Positions 23,764 through 37,079 of a stretch of DNA of 64,000 bases are shown here, one piece after another. Numbering within the stretch: position 1 is the first letter of the stretch; each line of letters opens with the position of its first letter. The notes under the pieces are model-generated. The model did not search any database, was not told the origin of the DNA, and worked only from the letters and a program-made list of their open reading frames with translations. The stretch is from contig CM075979.1 of assembly GCA_038087875.1 (NCBI GenBank), positions 45,694,001-45,758,000 on the forward strand, read 5' to 3'. The position numbers and the translations under genes were made by a program. Source of the stretch: Malacoraja senta (lineage: Eukaryota).

Positions 23764-26700
23764 TTACTCAGAACTGCTGTAGATTTGGGAGCAACAGCAG
23801 CAGGAGATTAGCAAGAGATACGACTGATTGGCTCTAGCCCGAGTGGGAGGAGAGAAGTGAGTCAGTGCCGGAAAACAGTTGAAAACTGAGGAATTTTGTT
23901 TGTAAATTGGTAAATCAGGCAATTTATCCGTCAATTTAAGCAATATGGCTCTTAGCGAGCGGCAGTGAGGGAGCGGCCTTGTGAGGGAAGTGCGAGTCTT
24001 TGGCTCGAGAGTCTTCGGTGAGGAGACCACGCAATACGCTTGAGAGGTAGAGACGAAAGAAGGAGATGTCAGGCAAGCTGATTCAGTGCGATGCTTGCGG
24101 TATGTGGGAGGTCAAGGACACTGCTGGTGCCTCTGGCTGCTACATATGCGAGAAGTGCATCCAGGTAGAGCTCCTGAAGGGCCGTGTTGGGGAACTGGAG
24201 AAGCAAGTGGATGACCTCAGGTTCGTCCAAGAAACTGAGTCGTTCCTCGACAAGTCCTACAGTAAGATTGTTTACACCTAAGGTACTGGAATAGAGAAGG
24301 TGGGTGACGGTGAGAAAGGGAGGGAAACATGGAATGCAAACGTCCCTGGGTGTTGTACCTCTTGTGAACAGGTTCGCCCACTTAGAAACTGTCGGGACAG
24401 AAGACGTTATCACACTGAGCGGCGGACTGGCTTGCAATGCGAATAGGGCTGTTGAGCCAAAACCAAAATGGCCTAAGGCAGGCAACGCCATTGTAGTGGG
24501 AGACTCCATTGTGAGAGGTACGGACAGGGGTTTCTGCGGGAACAGACGGGATTCGAGGATGGTGTGCTGCCTTCCTGGTGCCAGGATCCAGGATGTCACG
24601 GACAGAGTGCAGAAAATCCTCAAGGGCGAAGGTGAACAGCCGGAAGTGGTAGTGCATGTCGGCACAAACGATGTCGGAAAGAAGGGGATGAATATTCTGC
24701 AGCGTGACTTTAGAGAGCTCGGAAAAATGCTGAAAAGCAGGACCTCCAGGGTTGTTATCTCCGGTTTGCTTCCAGTTCCTCGTGCTGGCGAGAGCAGGAA
24801 CAGGGAGATACGGGACCTGAACGTGTGGCTGAGGAACTGGGGCACGGGGCAGGGATTTAGATTCTTAGATCACTGGGATCTGTTTTAGGGTAAGGGGGGA
24901 ACTGTGCAAAAGGGACGGATTGCATCTTAACATGTGTGGGACCAGCATTCTGGCAGGCAGGTTTGCCACTGCTACACGGGTGGTTTTAAACTGAATAAGG
25001 GGGGTGGGGTGTCGAATGGGATAGTGGAGGATGGAGTTAAAGGGAAAGGGTTTCTTAAATGTGTGAGCGTAGAGACAGAGGGGTGTAAAATGAGGGTAGA
25101 AGCAATAGGTAGCAAGATGAAAAGTAAAAGTGGCAGGCAGACAAAACCAGGGCAAAAATCAAAAAGGGCCACTTTTCAACATAATTGTATAAGGGGTAAG
25201 AGTGTTGTAAAAACAAGCCTGAAGGCTTGGTGTCTCAATGCAAGGAGCATTCGTAATAAGGTGGATGAGTTGAATGTGCAGATAGCTATTAATGACTATG
25301 ATATAGTTGGGATCATGGAGACATGGCTCCAGGGTGACCAAGGCTGGGAGCTGAACATCCAGGGATATTCAATATTCAGGAGGGATAGACAGAAAGGAAA
25401 AGGAGGCGGGGTAGCGTTGCTGGTTAGAGAGGAGATTAACACAATAGAAAGGAAGGACATTAGCTTGGAGGATCTGGAATCGATATGGGTAGAGCTGCGA
25501 AGCACTAAGGGGCAGAAAACGCTGGTGGGTGTTGTGTACAGGCCACCTAACAGTAGTGAAGTTGGAGATGGTATCAAACAGGAAATTAGAAATGCGTGCA
25601 ACAAAGGTAAAACAGTTATAATGGGTGACTTCAATCTACATATAGATTGGGTGAATCAAATTGGCAGGGGTGCTGAGCAAGAGGATTTCTTGGAATGTAT
25701 GCGGGATAGTTATCTAAATCAACATGTAAAGGAACCAACGAGAGAGCAGGCTATTTTAGACTGGGTATTGAGTAATGAGGAAGGGTTAGTTAGCAGTCTT
25801 GTTGTACGTGCCCCCTTGGGCAAGAGTGACCATAATATGGTTGAGTTCTTAATTAGGATGGAGAGTGACATTGTTAATTCAGAAACAATGGTTCTGAACT
25901 TAAAGAAAGGTAACTTTGAGGGTATGAGACGTGAATTGGCCAAGATTGACTGGCAATTAATTCTAAAAGGGTTGACGGTGGACATGCAATGGAAGACATT
26001 TAAAGACTGCATGGATGAACTACAAAAATTGTTCATCCCAGTTTGGCAAAAGAATAAATCAGGGAAGGTAGTGCATCCGTGGATAACAAGGGAAATCAGG
26101 GATGGTATCAAAGCGAAGGATGATGCGTACAAGTTAGCCAGAAAAAGCAGCATACCGGAGGACTGGGAGAAATTCAGAGACCAGCAGAGGAGGACAAAGG
26201 GCTTAATTAGGAAAGGAAAAATAGATTATGAAAGAAAACTGGCAGGGAACATAAAAACTGACTGCAAAAGTTTTTATAGATATGTAAAAAGAAAGAGATT
26301 AGTTAAAACAAATGTAGGTTCCTTGCAGTCAGAAACAGGTGAGTTGATCATGGGAACAAGGATAAAAATAATCTGCCGGAAATAGCAGGGGACCGCGGGT
26401 CAAAGGAGTTGGAGGAATTGAGTGAAATCCAGGTTAGTCGGGAAGTGGTTTTGGGTAAATTGAATGGATTAAAGGCCGATAAATCCCCAGGGCCAGATAG
26501 GCTGCATCCCAGAGTACTTAAGGAAGTAGCTCCAGAAATAGTGGATGCATTAGTAATAATCTTTCAAAACTCTTTAGATTCTGGAGTAGTTCCTGAGGAT
26601 TGGCGGGTAGCAAACGTAACCCCACTTTTTAAGAAGGGAGGGAGAGAGAAAACGGGGAATTACAGACCAGTTAGTCTAACATCGGTAGTGGGAAAACTGC

Positions 26701-28073
26701 TAGAGTCAGTTATTAAAGATGGGATAGCAGCACATTTGGAAAGTGGTGAAATCATTGGACAAAGTCAGCATGGATTTACGAAAGGTAAATCATGTCTGAC
26801 GAATCTTATAGAATTTTTCGAGGATGTAACTAGTAGCGTGGATAGGGGAGAACCAGTGGATGTGGTGTATCTGGACTTCCAGAAGGCTTTCGACAAGGTC
26901 CCACATAAGAGATTAGTATACAAACTTAAAGCACATGGCATTGGGGGTTCAGTATTGATGTGGATAGAGAACTGGCTGGCAAACAGGAAGCAAAGAGTAG
27001 GAGTAAACGGGTACTTTTCACAATGGCAGGCAGTGACTAGTGGGGTACCGCAAGGCTCAGTGCTGGGACCCCAGCTATTTACAATATATATTAATGATCT
27101 GGATGAGGGAATTGAAGGCAATTTCTCCAAGTTTGCGGATGACACTAAGCTGGGGGGCAGTGTTAGCTGTGAGGAGGATGCTAGGAGACTGCAAGGTGAC
27201 TTGGAGAGGCTGGGTGAGTGGGCAAATGTTTGGCAGATGCAGTATAATGTGGATAAATGTGAGGTTATCCATTTTGGTGGCAAAAACAGGAAAGCAGACT
27301 ATTATCTAAATGGTGGCCGACTAGGAAAAGGGGACATGCAGCGAGACCTGGGTGTCATGGTACACCAGTCATTGAAAGTAGGCATGCAGGTGCAGCAGGC
27401 AGTGAAGAAAGCGAATGGTATGTTAGCAAAAGCATTGTGAGTATAGTGAGCAAGGGAGGTTCTACTTGCCAGATTGTACAGGGTCTTGTGGTGAGACCTA
27501 CACCTTGGAGTATTTGCGTACAGTTTTGGTCTCCAAATCTGAGGAAGGACATATTGCCACAGAGGGAGTGCAGAGAAGGTTCACCAGACTGATTCCTGGA
27601 TGTCTGGAATGTCTTATGAAGAAAGACTGGATAGACTTGGTTTATACTCTCTAGAATTTAGGAGATTGAGAGGGGATCTTATAGAAACTTACAAAATTCT
27701 TAAGGGGTTGGACTGGCTAGATGCAGGAAGATTGCTCCCAGTGTTGGGGAAGTCCAGGACAAGGGTCACAGCTTAAGGATTAAGGGGAAATCCTTTAAAA
27801 ACCGAGATGAGAAGAACGTTTTTCACACAGAGAATGGTGAATCTCTGGAACTCTCTGCCACAGAGGGTAGTCGAGGCCAGTTCATTGGCTATATTTAAGA
27901 GGGAGTTAGATGTGGCCCGTGGCTAAAGGGATCAGAGGGTATGGAGAGAAGGCAGGTACGGGATACTGAGTTGGATGATCAGCCATGATCATATTGAATG
28001 GTGGTGCAGGCTCGAAGGGCCGAATGGCCTACTCCTGCACCTAATTTCTATGTTTCTATGTTTCTATGTTTCT
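23764..28073 (+). mobile_element. Near full-length CR1 LINE (ORF1 zinc finger plus SGNH esterase; ORF2 APE plus RT), mildly decayed
   Basis: ORF1 CDACGMW...CEKC, GDSIVRG, VHVGTND (24066-24888); ORF2 CLNARSIRNK, MGDFN, SDHN, RT (about 25160-27970); (TTTCTATG)n tail; AAT target duplication at 23761-23763 and 28074-28076. Confidence 0.93.
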
Positions 28074-29089
28074 AATAGAGTCCCAGCCTACTCTCCCGTT
28101 AGCTCTGACCCTCTATTCCTGGCAATATCCTCGTAGAATTTTCTCTTTGCCAATGTGTAGGAAGGAACTGCAGATGCTGTTTTAAACCGAAGAGAGACTG
28201 TCTGAAGAAGGGTCTTTGACTTTGGATCAGTCTTCACTAAAGACACAAACAATCTCTCTGATGTACTAGAGAAGCAAAGAGGTCCTGCAGTTGTACAAGG
28301 GCCTAGTGGGACCGCACCTGGAGTATTGTGTGCAGTTTAGGTCTCCAAGTTTGAGGAAGGACATTCTTGCTATTGAGGGAGTGCAGCGTAGGTTCACCAG
28401 ATTAATTCCTGGGATGGCAGGACTGTCATATGTTGACAGAATGGAGCAGATGAGCTTGTAACTGTGCCTCAGAAGGCGGTGGAGACCGACCGGTTCTCTG
28501 GATGCTTTCAAGAGAGAGTTAGATGGAGCTCTTAAAGATAGCGGAGTCACGAGATATGGAGAGAAGGCAGGAACAGGGTACTGATTGTGGATGATCAGCC
28601 ATGATCACATTGAATGGCGGTGCAGGCTCGAAGGGCCGAATGTCCTCCTGCACCTATTGTCTATTGACCCGAAACATCATCCATTCCTTCTCTCCAGAGA
28701 TGCCGCCTGTCCGCTGAGTTACTCCAGCTTCTTGTGTCTACTCTTTACCATTTCCATCTTGACAATATCTTTCCTATAGCATGGTGCCCATAACTAAACA
28801 CAATAATCGAAATGCGGCTTCACCAACGTCTTATACAACTGCAACATGACCTAACTTCTCAATACTCAGACTGATCAAGGCCAATGTGCTAAAGGCATTT
28901 TTGACCTCCCGATCGACCTGCAACCCTACCTTCAAGGGACCATGCACTTGCACTCCTAGATCCCTCTGCTCTACAACACTCCCCAGAGCCCAACCATTCA
29001 CTGTGTCGGTCCTGCCCATGTTAGACTTCCCAAAATGCAACACCTCACATTTCTCTGTATTAAATTCCATCAACCATACCTCAGCCCAC

Positions 29090-32000
29090 CAGGTGCAGGA
29101 GTAGGCTATTCGGCCCTTCGAGCCAGCACCGCCATTCAATATGATCATGGTTGATCATCCAAAATCAGTACCCCGTTCTTGCTTTTTCCCAATATCCCTC
29201 GATTCACTTAGCCCTAAGAGCTAAATCTAATTCTCTCTTGAAAACATCCAGTGAATTGGCCTCCACTGCCTTCTGTGGCAGAGAATTCCAAAGAATCACA
29301 ACTCTCTGGGTGAAAATGTTTTTCCTCATCTCAGTCCTAAATGGCCTACCCCTTATTCTTAAACTGTGACCCCTGGTTCCGGACTCCTCCAACTACCCCA
29401 ACATTGGGAACATTTTCCCTGGATCTATCCCGTCCAATCCTCTAAGAATTTTACATGTTTCTATCAGATCCCCTCTCATCCTTCTAAATTCCAGTGAATA
29501 CAAACCCAGTAGCCCCATTCTTTCATCATCTGTCAGTCCCGCCATCCCGGGAATTAACCTATACTGCACTCTCTAAATAGCAATAATGTCCTTCCTCAAA
29601 TTACGAGAACTAATTTCCACACAATACTCCAGGTGCGGTCTCACCAGGGTCCTGGACAACTGCAGTAGGGCCTCCTTGCTCCTAAACTCAAATCCTCTTG
29701 CTATGAAGGTCAACATGCCATTAGATTTCTTCACTGCCTGCTGTACCTGCATGCTGACTTTCAGTGACTGATGTACAAGCACACCCAGGTCTTGTTGCAC
29801 CTCCCCTTCTCCTAATCTGACACCATTCAGATAATAATCTGCCTTCCTGTTCTTAACACCAAAGTGGATAACCTCATATTTATCCACATTACACTGCATC
29901 TACCATGTTTCTGCCCACTCACCCAACCTATCCAAGTCACCCTGCAGCCTCATAGCATCCTCCTCTCAGCTCACACTGCCACCTAGCTTCGTGTCATCCA
30001 CAAACGTGGAGATGTTACATTCATTAGTCTAAATCGTTAATATATATTGTAAATAACTGTGGTGCCAGCACTGAGCCTTGCAGCACCCCACTAGTCACTG
30101 CTTGCCATTCTGAAATGGATCTGTTAATTCCTACTCATTGCTTCCTGTCTGCCAACCAGTTCTCTATCCATGTCAATACCCTACCCCCAATACCATGTGC
30201 TCTAATTCTGCACACTAATCTCTATTGTGGGTGCTTGTCAAAGGCATTTTGACAGTCCAGATTTACTACATCCACTGGCTCTCCCTTATCCATTCTATTT
30301 GTTACATCCTCAAAAAATTCCAGAAGATTAGTCAAGCAAGATTTCCCCTTCATAAATCCATGCTGACTTTGACCGATCCTGTCACAGCTTTCCAAATGCT
30401 CTGCTATTACATCTTTAATAATCGACTCAAGCATCTTCACCACTACCGACGTGAGGCTAACTGGTCTATAATTCCCTGTTTTCATTCTCCCTCCTTTCTT
30501 AAAAAGTGGGGTTACATTGGCTACCCTTCAGTCCACATAGAATCCAGAGTCTATAGAATATTGGAAAATGATCATCAATGCATGCACGGTTTCTAGGGCC
30601 ACCTCCTTGAGTACTCTGAGATGTAGACCATCAGGCCCTGGGGATTTATCTGCCTTCAATCCCAACAGTTTACCTAACACCGTTTTCTGACTAATGTGGA
30701 TTCCCTTCAGTTCCTCCCTCCCACTAGATCCTCAGTCCCCGAGGGAGATTGTTTGTGTCTTCCTTAGTGAAGCACTCGTTTAACTGTTCTGCCATTTCCT
30801 TGTTTCCCATTATAAATTCACCTGTCTCTGAGTGTAAGGGACTATTCTTTTCATTTTTACATACCTAAAGAAACTTTTACAGCCAGTTTTTATATTCCCC
30901 ACAAGCTTTATTTCATGCTCTTTTTTCCGCTCTTAATTAACCCCTTTGTCCTCTGTTGAATTCTAAATTTCTCCCAGTCTTCTGGTTAGCCGCTCCTTCT
31001 GGCCAATTTATATGCCACTTCCTTGGATTTAACACTATCCTTGACTTCCCTCGTCAGCCACGGTTGAGCCGCCTTCCCAGTTTTATTTTGTCGCCAAACA
31101 GGGATGAACAATTTCTGGAGTTTATCCATGTGGTCTTTAAATCTTTGCCATTGCATCTCTACTGTCAACCCTGTAGGTATAATTTGTCAGTCTATCCTAG
31201 CCAATTCCAGTCTCATAAAGTAAAGTATAAAGGATCCTTTATTGTCATTCAAACTGTCTCCAGTTTGAACGAAATTACATACCTTGCAGTCATGACAGAG
31301 AATAAAACAACAGAACACACAATGAACCCAGTTTAACATCCACCACAGTGAGTCTACCAGGCACCTCCTTACTGTGATGGAAGGCAAAAGTCTTAAAGTC
31401 CTTGTCTCTTCCTTCCTTGTTCTCCCTCTGCGTTGAGGCGATCCAGGCTTCCGATGTTGTGACCCCGCCGGGTGATGGTAAGTCCCGCAGCCGAGTCTGA
31501 GCTCCGAGAACGGGCCGATGCAAACTCCGCGGCCCGGGGTGGACGAAGCTGCCACCCTCCAGTCTAGCGGACGAAGCTGTTGTTGCGGGAGCTCCAGAGA
31601 ATCGGTCACCAACCAGGGACCTGCGAGCTCCCGACGTTGTCGTCCACTGGGCCCGCGGCTGAAGTCTCCAGGGCTCCGAAGTAGGGCTGCCGCCGCAGCT
31701 CCACCACAGCCCCGAAGTTGGCCAGCTTCGCGTTGGTGAGTCCAGGCTCTGCCTCCGGAGCCTCGAGGTTGGTCCCAGTTGGAGGCTGCCAGCTCAGACA
31801 GAGACAGAGACGGAGATACGACAAGGAAAAGGTCACATCCCCCCGAAGGAAAAGACCAAAAACAAGTTTCTCCCACCCCCCACACATACACAACTAAAAA
31901 TAAACTAAAACATACATCTAACAAGACAAAAGAAAACAAATAAAAAGGAAAAGACAGACGGACTGCAAGCGAGCCGCAGCTGCTTGGGCTGCGCCACCAC

Positions 32001-32200
32001 TTCCGGAACAGTCTCTGTTCATACCTTCAAAGCCTCCGTTATGCAAGTTGAGGACATTAGTCTCTGAATTAACCGTGTCATCCTAGTGGAGAATTCCACC
32101 ATATTATGGTCACTTTTGCCCAAGGGGCCTTGCACAACAAGATCGCTAACTAATCCTTCCTCATTACACAATACCCAGTTTAGGATTGCCTGCCCTCTAG
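29090..32200 (-). mobile_element. Decayed minus-strand CR1 (EN-RT), interrupted at 31215-32010
   Basis: Minus ORFs 29573-29899, 30222-30485 and 30986-31168 with CR1 motifs. Confidence 0.85.
31215..32010 (-). mobile_element. Unclassified GC-rich non-autonomous retroelement-like repeat inserted in a CR1
   Basis: Minus strand starts TTCCGGAAGTGGTGGCGC and ends GACAATAAAGGATCC plus (taaag)n; interrupts the minus-strand CR1 EN region. Confidence 0.4.
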
Positions 32201-32229
32201 TCGGTTGAAAGATTCTAGGGGGAAAAAGA

Positions 32230-34590
32230 GGTGACATTGGCTGACAAGGACAGCATAAAACTAAAAGCGAAGGCGTATAACGTTGCAAAGATTCATGCAA
32301 AGCCCGGGGATTGGGAAGCTTTTCAGGGACCACAGATGGTAACAAAGAATGCAGTATGGGGAGAAAAGATGAAATACAAAGGTAAGCTAGCCAATAATAT
32401 TAAACAGGATAACAAGAGTTTCTTCCGTTCTATAGAGAGTAAGAAAGAGGCAAGAGTGGACGTTGGACCGCTGGAGAATAATGCCGGTGAAGTGATAATC
32501 GGGAATATAGAAATGGCCGAGTAGTTGAACAACTTTTTGCATCAGTCTTTAGAGTGGAAGACACCAGCAACATGCCTGAAATTCAAGAGAGTCAGGGGGT
32601 GGAAGTTAGTGGAGTGGTTATTACTGGGGAGAATGTGCTTGGAAAGCTGAAAGGGCTGAAGGTGGATAAGTCACCTGGGCCGATGGACTGCACCCTAGGG
32701 ATCTGAAAGATGTGGCTTTGGAGATTCTGGGGGCATTGATAGTGATATTTCAAGAATCACTAGAGACTGGAGTGGTTCCAGATTATTGGAAAATTGCCAA
32801 TATTACCCCGCTGCACAAGAAGGGAGCAAAGCCATGGGCGGAAATGCTGGGGGGGGGATGGGGGGGGGCCACGCCCCCCTCGTGCTTTTTGAGGTGGGGG
32901 ACAATCCCCCCCATGTTTTGTAATCCGGACTTAATCAGACGCTTTCTAAGGGCTGAATCGGCCCGTTCGTGGGGCCTTTCAGCGCCCGGCGCAACTTAAA
33001 ATCAAACTGGTGCATCGAGGCGATCGAGGCTCCTGATGTTGAAGCCCCCGCCGGCCGATGAAAGCCCCCGTGAACAGGCCGATTCAAGCCCCACGATTCG
33101 GGGCGGACGCAGCTGCTGTTGCTGGAGTTTGGAGTCGGTCACCAACCAGGTCAGCTCCCGATGTTACCGTCCACAGGGCTCACGGCCGAAGCCTCACGTA
33201 TGAGCGTGCGTGCGTGTGTGTGTGCGCGCTTGCACGCGCGCGACCGCCAAGAAATTGTGTCCCCCGCATGTTTTGATTGCGATTTCCGTGCCTGGGAGCA
33301 GAATATTGGGAACTATAGGCCGGTTAGTCTGACTTTGGTGGTTGCTTAAATTTTAGAATCCATTCTAAAGGATGAGGTTATGGAGAACTTGGCTGAAGTC
33401 AGCATGGCTTAGTGAAGGGAAGATCTTGCCTGACAAATTTGCTGGAATTCTTTGAAGAAGCAAATAGCAGGACAGACAAAAGAGAGTCAGTCGACGTTGT
33501 TTACCTAGATTTTCAGAAAGCCTTTGATAAGGAGCCTCTCAGGAAGATGTTATCAAAGGGCAGATACTAGCATGTGTAGCAGGTTGGCTGGATAGCAGAA
33601 GACAAAGGGAGGCAATAAAGATTGCGGATGATATAAAAGTAGGTGGAAGGGCAGATAATATAGAGAAAGCAGGGACTCTGCAGAAGGACTTTGAAAGGCT
33701 GGGAGAGTGGGCAGAGAAGTGGCAGATGGAATATAGTGTAGCAAAGTTAGGAGTCAAGCATTTTGGTAGTAGGAATAAAGGCATAGACTATTTTCTAAAT
33801 GGGAAAAGAATCCATAAATCAGAGGTGCAAAGGGACTTGGGAGCTGGTGCAGGAGTCCCAAAAGGTTTATCTGCAACTCGAATCGTTAGTAAAGAAAGCA
33901 AACGCAATACTAGCATTTATTTTGAGGGTGCTTGTATACAAAAACAGGGATGTATTGCTGAAGCTCTATAAGGCACTGGTAAGGCCACATTTAGAATATT
34001 GTGATCAATATGGGCACCATATCTGAGGATGTGCTGGCTCTAGAGAGGGTCCAGAGGAGGTTTACAAGAATGATCCCAGGAATGAGTAGGTTAACCTATG
34101 ATGAGTGTTTGACGGCACTGGGCCTGTACTCCATGGAGTTTAGAGGAATGAGTGGGGACCTCATTGAAACATACAGAATAGTGAAAGGCTTGGATAGAGT
34201 GGATGTGGAGAGCATGTTTCCCCTAGTGGGAGAGTCTAGAATAGTAAGATTAAACGAGAACTTACCAGTGCTGGACGGGTTCTTCACGTAGTCACTCATG
34301 TGACTCCGAAGTAAAACTAGAATTCATAGCCTCAGAATTAAAGGATGTTCTTTTAGGAAGGAAATGAGGAGAAATTTCTTTAGTCCGAGGGTGGTGAATG
34401 TGTGGAATTCCAAGTTAGTGGATATTTTTAAGGCAGAGATAGATAGATTCATGATTAGTACAGGTGTCAGAGGTTATGGGGAGAAGGCCGGAGAATGGAG
34501 TTGGGATGGAGTGATAGATCAGCCATGCTTGAATGGCAGAGGGGACTTGATGGGCCAATGGCCTAATTCAACTACTACCACATGACCTTA
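32230..34590 (+). mobile_element. Decayed CR1 of another subfamily, interrupted by a MITE
   Basis: VVPDYWKIANITPL, NYRPVSLT, QHG..KG.SCLTNL and LYKALVRPHLEYC motifs. Confidence 0.85.
32832..33295. mobile_element. Possible hAT-type MITE
   Basis: Imperfect 14-bp TIRs (CCATGGGCGGAAAT / ATTTCCGTGCCTGG) and degenerate 8-bp flanks gagcaaag / gagcagaa; splits the CR1 RT frame. Confidence 0.45.
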
Positions 34591-37005
34591 TGACCTCATG
34601 ACTAGCAGGGATGGAAACAGGAAATTTGATGTCTAAAGTGATGTATTTAACTAAATAACAGCTGTACGTAACTTTTTCAGCAGCAACATCCAGATCTTTA
34701 GTCAGGTTAAGGCTTCTCTTTTGTGCTCTCAAAATGTTGGTGGAAATCTACAAAAGTTTGAGTCCTGTGATCCAGCTTCTCGGAATGTGTTGTGATACCT
34801 TATCTCAGGCAGTGTTGGCATCATTACATGTGAGACACCTTGTGTTTTAATACAACGATCTGGAAAATCAAAATGCAGGAAAACAGGAAGGTAATGCTTT
34901 TGCTGAAACATAGAACAAAGAACAGTACAGCACAGGAACAGGCCCTTCAGCCCACAATGTCTGTGCTGAACATGATGCCAAGACCATCACTTAGCTACCT
35001 GCACATAACCCATTTCCCTCCATTCCCAGCATAACCATGTGTAAATCCAAAGGCCTCTTAAACGTCACTATCGTATCTGCCTCCACCACCACCCCGGGCA
35101 GCAAGTCCCAGTCACCCACCATCCACGGTGTATAAACCCTGCCCCACACATCTCTTTTAAACCCTGCCCCTCTCATCTTAAAGCTGTGGCCTCGTATTTG
35201 ATGTTTTCCATGCTGGGAAAAGGCCTCTGACTGTCCACTCTATTTATGCCTCTATTAATTTTATATACTTCTATCAAAGATGTTGGATTTTCAGTGTGGA
35301 ACTCCACACATTCAAGTTCAATGGTTGCTCTTTGTGTGATCTACTCTTTTAAATCTTGTTTTTCTTCCTGTAGGTATAGAACTATATTCTGCACTCTGTA
35401 TCTTCCCCTTTGTTCTATCTATTGTACTTGAGTGTGACGGTTGTATTTATGGCTGGTACACCTGATCTGGTGGGATTGCTGCAAAACAAAGCTTTTCCCT
35501 GTACCTCAGTACATGTGACAATAATAAACCTGAACCTAAACCACGTGATTTTACTAGAATAAGATCTTCTGCCATGAGACACAAGCGCACTTGCTGAATT
35601 GTTTCAATCTATATTCCCTGGGTTGACAGAGAGACATTTTGTCCAGTGTGAATAGCCCAGAATTGTTCATTTTGAAGTCTAGTAAACATTTGGTTTGTAG
35701 CAGGGACGGGATAGTCACAGAGTGATACAGTATGGAGACAGGCTCTTCCGCCCAACTTGCACACACTGGCCAACATGTCCCAGCTACACTAGTCACACCT
35801 GCATGCGTTTGATCCATATCGCTCCAAACCTGTCCAATCCATGTACCTGTCTAACTGTTTCTTAAACGTTTTATAGTCCCAGCCTCAACTACCTCATCTG
35901 GCAGCTTGTTCCATACATCCACCACCCTTTGTGTGACAATGTTACACCTGTGATTCCTAATAAATCGTTTTCCCTTCACCTTAAACCTATGTCCTCTGAT
36001 CCTCGATTCACCTACTTCTGGCAAGAGACTCTGTGCATCTACCCAATCTATTCCCCTCATGATTGTATACACCTTTATAAGATCATCCCTCACCCTCCTG
36101 CTCTCTAAGGAATTGTATATACTTCAGTCTGTCCCAGCCTACTCAACCTTTCCCTGTCATTCAGACCCTCTAGTCCTAGCAACATCCTTGTAAAACCTTG
36201 TCTGCACCCTTTCCAGCTTGACAACATCTTTCCTATGACACAGTGACCAGAACTGAACACAATACTCTAAATGCGGCCTCACCTATGTGACCACTTTATC
36301 TACCTGTGACTCCACCTTCAAGGAACCATGCGCCTGCACTCCTAGATCCGTCTGCTCTACAAGCTGCACCAGGGGCCTACCATTCACTGTAGATCCTGCC
36401 TATGTTAGACTTCCCAAAATGCAACACCTCACATTTCTCTGTATTAAATTCCATCAACCATTCATCAGCCCACCTGGCCAATCGAACAAGATCCTGCTGC
36501 AATTTTTCACAACCATCTTCACTATCTGCAAAACCACCCACTTTTGTATCATCTGCAAACTTGCTAATCTTGCCCTGTATATTCTCATCCAAATCATTGA
36601 TGTAGATGACAAACAGTAACGGGCCCAGCATCGAACCCTGAGGCATACCACTAGTCACAGGCCTCCAGTCCAAGAAGCAACCCTCCACAATCACCCTCTG
36701 CTTCCTTCCATGCAGCCATGTAGATTTGTCTACCTTCATACATGAAAGTATCTTCATCAGGATCAGAGGAAATTATATGTCTAGAGAGATGTATTTAACT
36801 AAATAACAGTTGTATGACCTTTTGCAGCAGCAACATGCAGATCTTTAGTCAGGTTAAGGCTTCTCTTTTGTGCTCTTAAAATGTTGGTGGGGAACTACAA
36901 AAGTTCGAGACCTGTGATCCAGCTTCTCGGAATGTGTTGGGATACCTTATCTCAGGCAGTGTTGGCATCATTACATGTGAGACTCCTTCTTGTGTTTTAA
37001 TACAG

Positions 37006-37079
37006 CGCCGGATACAGATGTCACCACAGGAAGTCCCGATGAGGAGGATAAATAAATCAAAGTGCAGTAAAACAGGAAG
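37006..37079 (+). CDS. Candidate mini-exon (APDTDVTTGSPDEEDK*), 74 nt, one base short of frame-preserving
   Basis: Acceptor tcttgtgttttaatacag|CG, donor GAA G|GTAATG. TAA at 37053; one extra A in the run at 37050-37052 would open the frame (KINQSAVKQE) into the terminal exon. Confidence 0.5.

Noticed and set aside
24069-24845. Long antisense ORFs over CR1 elements (also 26765-27283, 57416-57820 and others)
   Set aside because: Shadow frames of LINE coding sequence, repeated in every copy.
31187-31939. 250-aa and 169-aa (22935-23444) minus-strand ORFs as genes
   Set aside because: Low-complexity GC-rich translations inside repeat-like insertions, with no domain motif or splice support.
34879-34890. 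12-nt in-frame micro-exon using atgcag| and the surviving donor
   Set aside because: No polypyrimidine tract; better explained as a decayed duplicate of the 37006 exon.
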